A stretch of 15,019 nucleotides of DNA from Histomonas meleagridis 2922-C6/04-290x (lineage: Eukaryota > Protista > Parabasalia). Both the position numbers and the translations under genes were made by a program. Numbering within the stretch: the stretch's first letter is position 1; each line of letters opens with the position of its first letter. The DNA lies in the NCBI GenBank assembly GCA_020184695.1, contig JAANOX010000175.1, positions 1 to 15,019 of the forward strand, read 5' to 3'. Below are positions 8,782-15,019 of this stretch, in pieces. The notes beneath the pieces were generated by a model. That model was not told where the DNA came from. It searched no databases and was given only the letters and a program-made list of their open reading frames with translations.

Positions 8782-10520
8782 TTATTCATCATCTGGTGAT
8801 GACGTATGCTCTGAGTTGCCATTCTCTAAGTGAGAACCATCCGAAGTAGAATGATCTCTTGAGTTTAGAATCACCAAATTTGCATAAAGCTCATTTAGTT
8901 CATCTGTTTGAACTTCATCACCTGAACCTTCGGATATAAGAGACTGGTCCGTGTTCGCTATGCTCTCGGATTCGGATTCTTCTTCTTCTGATTGTGATTC
9001 AATAATTCCATTATTATTATCCAAATTATTATAAATTAGTCGTTGTGATTCCCTTAAAGTTGCTACAGTTATTCTCTTCGCAAATCTCTTAAACAAATCT
9101 TTAGAACCTGCAAGAGTTCTCAATTCATCTAATGATTTGTTTAACCAAGCGCCTAATGATGAAATGACTATAACATAATAGTTGACTTCTAGACCGGATT
9201 GTTCTTTGATATCCTTACATAAACTTGTATATTTATCTTTCTTCTGATCGTATCTTTCATTTAAAGAATTAATGTCATTCTCATCAACATCTCCATAAGG
9301 AATTGTTACCTCGATTAAAGTGTAACCCTGATTATTACAGTACCAGATATCAGGTTTACATCTTCTGTTCTCACCTTCAAATGAATTATTATTATTTTGA
9401 ACATTTTTAATAGTTGAGTCAAGGTGAATAATTGGTTTGTTACCAGGTTTTGCTTTTAACATTTCACATAATTCTTTAATAACTGCATCATGTCTTTTCT
9501 TATATGTATTAATAACTGTTTTTACAATCATTTTAATCTATGTCTTAAGGAATTTATTTGACCACAATAAGGACATAAACCTATGTTCTCATCATGGTTA
9601 GCAAGTCTTTGATGTTGCCCAGTATAGAAGCTATTAGTTCTAGCTTGTATACTAAATTTAATTATATTATCTTTAATTTTACATTTATAGTCATTCATGA
9701 AATAATTAGATAATTTAGATTTATAAAGGGTTTTAAAGGTATGACCTCTAAGAGGTAATTTAATCAAATTTGCATAATGGAAGTTTTTGTGATAATTGTT
9801 CATAATGTTTAGGAATTCATTTTGATCGAATGAATAAACTTCGTTCACATCTAGAAATTTTAATGTAATATATTCTTCAGGATTGTCTGGTTCAATTTCA
9901 TTTCCATTGAATTCGAAAGGATCTATATCTGAGTCATCTGGGTTTAATAAATTATCTGTGGGTAGATAGTTCAAGTTTAAGATTAAATTGTTATCTTCAA
10001 GTGCATGAATTACCCGGCTAAAAAGGTTTGAAGTTCCAGGTGTATTTTTTCTCATGTCCTTGTTGAAAACATTTAAGAAAATATCGTTATCATTTGTGTT
10101 TTCTTCGACATTATTATATCTAAACGATTTTTCTTCCCAACATAGAGTTCGAAATAAATCTCTTAGAAACATATCTTTCGAAAACCATAACTTTAGAAAA
10201 CTTGAAATAATCAAATCATTATTCCTTTCATTTAAATCTTTCAGTCCTGCTCCACCATCTTCCCATGAAGTATAATAAAATTCCTTAGGTAAAGCGGAAG
10301 TTTTTAAATTAGCATTTAATAACGCTCTTATCCTTTTATTTAAAAAATTCCTCTCCGTTTTGTTGGTGGTACCATTAGAGAATACATAATCCAATGAAGG
10401 AATTATGAATCTTTTAATGGCATCCAACATTTGGTTCCATTTCAAGGGTGAGGAGCAAATATTACCTATGTCTTCTAATGCTTTAGATATCTTGTAATTT
10501 GCTGATTTGATTCTCGTTTG
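8782..10520 (-). pseudogene. Thumb/linker-CCHC knuckle-restriction-like endonuclease of copy 2, one frameshift
   Basis: Track ORFs 9528-10610 and 8782-9531. Removing one base from the run at 9531-9534 gives CPYCGQINSLRHRLNDC (9524-9575), then KKRHD, KPDIWY, LIEVTIPY, KKDKY and VISSLG. Confidence 0.9.
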
Positions 10521-11070
10521 GTGTAACTGAATTGATTGGAGATTCACTATAATTAACTTGATTAAGTTGATTAAATTGATTTCTCGGCATACCTGTGAAT
10601 TGTAACTCATTATGTATCATGTTGTGGTTATTTCGATTAATTGATCTTAAATCGATCTGACCAATGTTATAGAAATGACATGTCGCCCATATATTTTGTG
10701 TGTTGTTATTAACTATTTCAACATTTAAATTAATAGCTTTCTGGATAAGATACTTATTTGCAACATTAAATATATTTTGAACTTTTGGATTATCACTATT
10801 TAACCGAAATGGTAATTCTCTAGGTCTGGTTGGTCCTACGAAAGTTCTTAAATCAAACACACCTTTCTCAATTTCGTCGGACGATGTGAGTCTTGGTGGA
10901 AAATTAAGGTTGATTAACAGGTTTCCTTCTTGAATAATACATTGATTTCGGCATAAAACTAACCCTCTTTCTTCGTTGATAAATATCGGTAGTAAACTTC
11001 AGCAGGTGAAGGACATCGTCGTAGGTGCTTCTGTATAATAGGAGATCGTTCAAGTCGTTTACGAATTTCC
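10483..11070 (-). pseudogene. Coding-like spacer between copies 3 and 2 (includes track ORF 10483-10860)
   Basis: Frames read RKFVNDLNDLLLYRSTYDDVLHLLKF.. and GNLLINLNFPPRL..GVFDLRTFVGPTRPRELPFRL..NQFNQLNQVNYSESPINS. No domain recognised. Confidence 0.3.
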
Positions 11071-11231
11071 GAATCGTCGATATAATTTATTGATCGAAAT
11101 TTCGATTCGCCAAAAAGGGTATCATTAGAGTGCCCTGGGAGAGTTATTTCCTAAAATCGGGTTCTCGGACGCAAAAAATCAATATTCATGAAAAATCAAA
11201 AAAATCTCCTCCCGTGTGGTTTTTATTCATT
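10998..11231. repeat. Conserved ~230-bp block, copy B
   Basis: About 80-85% identical to 5522-5751 by manual alignment, e.g. ATCGTTCAAGTCGTTTACG, TGCCCTGGG, AAAATCGGGTTCTC, GACGCAAAAAATCAATAT. Confidence 0.92.
11205..11217 (-). other. Invariant 13-mer ACACGGGAGGAGA after the ORF of copy 3
   Basis: Identical to 5726-5738 and 8714-8726; lies ~100 nt after the RLE stop. Confidence 0.9.
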
Positions 11232-11320
11232 GATTTAAAGCAATAAATTAGTTATTAATTAAAGATTAAAGTTAATCACTCGATGTGCTTTGACTTGTTA
11301 AGTTTGCAATATTAGGAACA

Positions 11321-13846
11321 CTAATTAGATTCGGGAACCGTTTCTTCACTGGAAGAAGAAATACACTCTAGTGTCATTTCTTCTGAAGTCAAAGCTTCTA
11401 TATCTTCGGTTTCTGAATAACTATCGTTATCCAAAGACTCTGTGTTCTCACTTAAGTCGCTGGAAGATATCATTTCTTCTATCTCTTCATTATTATTTAC
11501 TAAATTCTTGTAATTCTTAAACATTAAATTCCTGGATTCTCTGAGCGTACTGATTAAAATTCTTTTAGCAAAACGTTTAAAATTATTCTCTGAACCTGCG
11601 AGAGATTTTAACTCATTTAAAGATTTTTGATACCATGCACCTAAAGATGAGATAACAATAATAAATAGTTTAGTTTCTTTTCCTAATTGATTTTTAATTT
11701 CTTCACATAATAGTTTATATTTATCAATCTTTTGTGTATATCTAATTTCTAAAGAATTAATATCTTCTTCATTGAAGTCTCCATAAGGTATAGTAATCTC
11801 AATTAAATAAAAACAATCTTGTTCAGTGTACCAAATATCTGGTCTTAAATTGCTAATGTTACCTTGTAAAGTATGATTATTTTCATCTTTAATACTTGAA
11901 TCTAAATGAATTATTGGTTTTCTTCCTGGTTTTGCTTTAATCATTTCTATAATTTCTCTAATAACTGAATCATGTCTTATTTTAAATGTATGTATAACTT
12001 TTTTACAATCATTTAATTTGTGTCTTAAAGAATCTTGTTGACCACAGAAAGGACATAAATTATTATTATCATCATTTGCTAATCTTCTATGTTGACCTGT
12101 GAAATAACTATTGGTTCTAGCTTCTATTGTAAATTTAATTAAATCGTCTTCCATTTTACTAGAATATTGATTCATAAAATAATTAGATAATTTACAATTC
12201 TCTAATGTTTTAAATGTATGACCTCTTAAAGGTAATAAAGTTAAGTTCTTAAAATGTTTAGAAGTATGAAATCCATTCATCCATTTAAGGAAATCATTAG
12301 GAGTAATAACTAGTTTCGTTTCGATATCAGGAAAAGTAATTGTAATTTGATCTAAATTTCCTTCTTCTTGATTAGATTGTTCAAATTGTTCTTCTTCTTC
12401 ATCTTTATAAAATAAGTCAATCTTAATGTTAGATCTTTTTAAAACAGAAATAACCCGGCTAAAAAGGTTTGAAGTTCCAGGTGTATTTCTTTTAAGATTT
12501 ATATTGAAGATATCTTTAAATAAATCATTTTCTTTGATTTGTTTTTGATCGACATTTTTATACCTAAATTTCTTTTCTTCCCAACAAAGTGAACGAAATA
12601 TATCTCTAAGTAAAATATCTTTAGAGAACCATAATCTAAGAAAACATGAAATAATTAAATCATCATATCTATCATTAAGATCCTTTAAACCTGCACCTCC
12701 ATCTTTCCATGCAGTGTAATAAAATTCTTTAGGTAATGAACTAACTTTTAAGTTTGAATTTAAAGCTGATCTAATTCTTTTATTTAAAAATTGGATTTCA
12801 TTTCTTGAAGCTGAACCATTAATAAATACGTAATCTAAACTGGGTGTAATGAATCTTTTAATAGCATCAACCATTTGATTCCATTTCAAGGAAGAAGAAC
12901 AGATGTTTTCAATATCTTCTAAAGCTTGATTTATTTTATATTTGGAGGATCTAAATTTCATATTTTTAGTTAATGCAGTTATTATACCTAAATAAGTATT
13001 TCCATTATTTAAATCTATCATAGGAATAAGATTGTTATTAATTTTGAAATTAGTAATAGCAGAAAAACGTTTATCATCATGATTAATATAATTATAAGTT
13101 CTACATTTTTCTGGTTGAATTTTCATATTTACATATTTACAAAATTCTTCTACTATTTTAATTAAATTATTCATACCAATTTCTGTATCAGATATCAGGA
13201 TTAAATCATCTGCATAAGCTTGTGCACTAATTGTTTGTTTATTATAATGAAAACCATCTAAAACTTTTTCATTTAATTTTCTTAATAAAGGATCTAAACA
13301 TAAATTGAAGGCTAAAGGTGAAAAAGGACAACCTTGTTTAACTCCACAATTAATAATAATTTCTTCTGAAGAACCTTTATTAGGGATTTGAATTTTAGTT
13401 GATGAATTATTATAAGTTGCTTTAATTAAATGAATTATTTTATTATCATAACCTAATTGATCTAAAACTTTAAAAATTTGATCATGAGGGATTGAACCAA
13501 AAGCATCTGAAAAGTCAATAGTAGTTAAATATATTGAACCTTCTTTTCTAGAAACATGTTGAATTAATTCGTTTATTAAATTAATATGTTCAGTAGTACC
13601 ATTAGGATGTTGCATAAAACATTTTTGATTTCTTGAAATGTAAGGATGAATATTATTTAATCTATGAAAAGCTTTAGATAAAATAACCATCCAAATTCTA
13701 TAAATACTTGGAGCTATTGTTATGGGTCTCCATAAATGTGGAACATTTGGATCACCTTTTTTATAAAGCATAATAGTTTTACCTAATTTTAACATTTCAG
13801 GACATTTATGAGATTTAATAACTATATCTGAAGTAATTTTCAACAT
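11321..13846 (-). CDS. Reverse transcriptase + CCHC zinc knuckle + restriction-like endonuclease (841-aa open portion of a longer ORF)
   Basis: RT motifs LYKKGD/WRPITI, QKCF, IDFSDAFGSIPH, GVKQGCPFSP, YADD (13205-13216), KIQPEKC and YLG. Knuckle CPFCGQQDSLRHKLNDC (12005-12055), RHD (11969-11977), RPDIW (PD 11837-11842), LIEITIPY, KIDKY and ISSLG. The ATG at 13846 is internal; the frame continues upstream through SAHGPD. Confidence 0.93.
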   Translation of the reverse strand: MLKITSDIVIKSHKCPEMLKLGKTIMLYKKGDPNVPHLWRPITIAPSIYRIWMVILSKAFHRLNNIHPYISRNQKCFMQHPNGTTEHINLINELIQHVSRKEGSIYLTTIDFSDAFGSIPHDQIFKVLDQLGYDNKIIHLIKATYNNSSTKIQIPNKGSSEEIIINCGVKQGCPFSPLAFNLCLDPLLRKLNEKVLDGFHYNKQTISAQAYADDLILISDTEIGMNNLIKIVEEFCKYVNMKIQPEKCRTYNYINHDDKRFSAITNFKINNNLIPMIDLNNGNTYLGIITALTKNMKFRSSKYKINQALEDIENICSSSLKWNQMVDAIKRFITPSLDYVFINGSASRNEIQFLNKRIRSALNSNLKVSSLPKEFYYTAWKDGGAGLKDLNDRYDDLIISCFLRLWFSKDILLRDIFRSLCWEEKKFRYKNVDQKQIKENDLFKDIFNINLKRNTPGTSNLFSRVISVLKRSNIKIDLFYKDEEEEQFEQSNQEEGNLDQITITFPDIETKLVITPNDFLKWMNGFHTSKHFKNLTLLPLRGHTFKTLENCKLSNYFMNQYSSKMEDDLIKFTIEARTNSYFTGQHRRLANDDNNNLCPFCGQQDSLRHKLNDCKKVIHTFKIRHDSVIREIIEMIKAKPGRKPIIHLDSSIKDENNHTLQGNISNLRPDIWYTEQDCFYLIEITIPYGDFNEEDINSLEIRYTQKIDKYKLLCEEIKNQLGKETKLFIIVISSLGAWYQKSLNELKSLAGSENNFKRFAKRILISTLRESRNLMFKNYKNLVNNNEEIEEMISSSDLSENTESLDNDSYSETEDIEALTSEEMTLECISSSSEETVPESN

Positions 13847-15019
13847 TTTAACAGTATAATCATTACCAAGTTTCCATATAGAATTTGATATTTCATCTGG
13901 TCCATGAGCAGATAAATTAGATCTTGATTTAATAGCTTCTTTGATAAGATTTTCATCAAATAATTCATTAATTAAAAATTCATTATCTTTGTTAGTTAAA
14001 ATTTTAGAAATATTAAATTCATCTGAATTATTTAAAACTTTTTTATGATTTCAATTTTTACCATATTCATTAATAAATTCTTCCGGTTCAAGGTTACATT
14101 CATATGAAGTTTTATTAGTAATATACCATTTAAAACATCTATTTGGATCTTCATAATAAGTGGATTGAATTATCCTTATATTTATTATTTTTATTATTTC
14201 CTATAATATTTTGATGTTCTCGAATTTTAGCATTATTTAAATAACTAAAATTCAAATCTTCAATCTTATTAGAATCTATAGGAAATACAATTTTGTTAAA
14301 ATCAATATTAATATTTTCATTATTATTTTCATTCATATTCTTGTCATTTTCGTTTAATAAATTTTCCAATTGTAAATTACGATTTAAAATGTTTCTCATG
14401 TTATTCTCACGACTTAATCTTTGTTGTCTTGTTAATATTTGTTTATCAGTTAAATCTATTGGATTTTCTTTAATGGATAAACTTTCATTTTCTTTAAATG
14501 TTTTATTAAGAATAATTTTATCTTCATAATTTTTAATATCTTGATTAATTTTATTTAATAAATCTTCATCAAATTCAGTCCTTAAAATAGGATAACATTT
14601 CAATTTTTAGAATAAGGTAATTCTGCACCTTCTAAACTGTATAAAGCATGTTGTTTTTTAACATGATTACAAATACCTTTGAGATCTGAACCCCAGCAAA
14701 TATTACATTGTTTACAAATAAAACCTTCTCTTTTAGTTAAAATATTGCTTACTGAAGGAATTTCATCATATTTCTTAACATATTTTATTATAATAGCCCA
14801 TAACCAACCAATAGTATTTCTTTCTTTATCTAAATCTTGATGATTATGTGTAATATGAGATAGTAAAGATTAAAATTATTGGTAAAATATTTACATTCAG
14901 AAATCGGACAAGAAATTATATTATTTCTATAATAATTTTGATCATTATTATCATATTTTAATAACCAAATTAAATCTCTATTAATTAAATTTCGAAAACA
15001 ACCATATAAATGATAGGTG
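13847..15019 (-). pseudogene. N-terminal part of the copy 3 ORF with two C2H2 zinc fingers and RT0 region; 3 frameshifts + 1 TGA
   Basis: CPISECKYFTNNFxSLLSHITHNH (14840-14910), CKQCNICWGSDLKGICNHVKKQH (14648-14716), track ORF 14151-14603, YYEDPNRCFKWY, EYGKN* (TGA 14051-14053) and SAHGPD (13895-13912) in frame with the RT. Confidence 0.8.

Larger units (their letters stand above)
8714..10520 (-). mobile_element. RLE-type non-LTR retrotransposon, copy 2, lacking the RT core (5'-truncated or deleted)
   Basis: Homology to the copy 3 protein starts abruptly near RIKSANYKISKALEDI (~10515) and runs through KWNQMLDAIKRF, WEDGGAGL, NTPGTSNLFSRV, PLRGHTFKTL, the CCHC knuckle and the RLE to the 13-mer. 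Confidence 0.92.
11205..15019 (-). mobile_element. RLE-type (R2-group, NeSL-like) non-LTR retrotransposon, copy 3, near-intact; 5' end beyond the window
   Basis: Domain order is C2H2 zinc fingers - RT - thumb/linker - CCHC - RLE - acidic tail. There is no APE domain and no LTR. Clade within the R2 group needs an RT phylogeny. Confidence 0.95.

Noticed and set aside
11094-11107. Perfect 14-bp palindrome ATCGAAATTTCGAT
   Set aside because: It is not conserved in block copy A, so it is probably incidental.
11205-11217. GGGAGGAG as a Shine-Dalgarno site
   Set aside because: The context is eukaryotic, and there is no consistent spacing to an ATG with a long ORF across the three copies.
14051-14053. 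TGA = Trp code (also several TGAs in the 4690-5521 frame)
   Set aside because: All Trp codons in the open RT-RLE ORF are necessarily TGG. A single TGG>TGA change or a sequencing error is simpler.
5915-14529. Plus-strand track ORFs 5915-6112, 10054-10275 and 14293-14529 (likewise 2484-2690, 2698-2955, 231-425)
   Set aside because: These are antisense shadows of recognisable coding regions on the opposite strand, with composition explained by that.
1-15019. CRISPR array, bacterial retron/DGR or group II intron interpretation of the RT and repeats
   Set aside because: There are no regularly spaced short repeats. The RT is followed by a CCHC knuckle and a PD-(D/E)xK-type RLE, as in non-LTR retrotransposons, with no bacterial gene context.

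Overview
Very AT-rich (roughly a quarter GC by eye), eukaryote-like repeat DNA. A parabasalid host (Trichomonas/Tritrichomonas-like) is my inference from the style of the integrase, not something I could verify. I see no intact host gene, RNA gene or CRISPR array. Left part (1-~4690): a compact cluster of decayed genes. It contains a retroviral-type DDE integrase pseudogene (+) and two minus-strand hypothetical pseudogenes, possibly a Maverick/Polinton-like relic. The integrase is split by a 547-bp MITE with long TIRs and a TA target duplication; removing the MITE restores the reading frame. Right part (~4690-15019): three diverged R2-group (RLE-type, NeSL-like) non-LTR retrotransposons lying head-to-tail on the minus strand. 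Decay increases leftward. The right copy has an open 841-aa RT-CCHC-RLE ORF plus two frameshift-hidden C2H2 fingers. The middle copy lacks the RT core and has one frameshift. The left copy has stops and has lost both catalytic cores through deletions. Each ORF ends in an acidic tail, followed by an invariant 13-mer (ACACGGGAGGAGA) and then 0.7-1.9 kb of unexplained, coding-like DNA. Two of these spacers begin with a conserved ~230-bp block. All alignments and translations outside the supplied ORF track were done by hand, so boundaries marked ~ are approximate.
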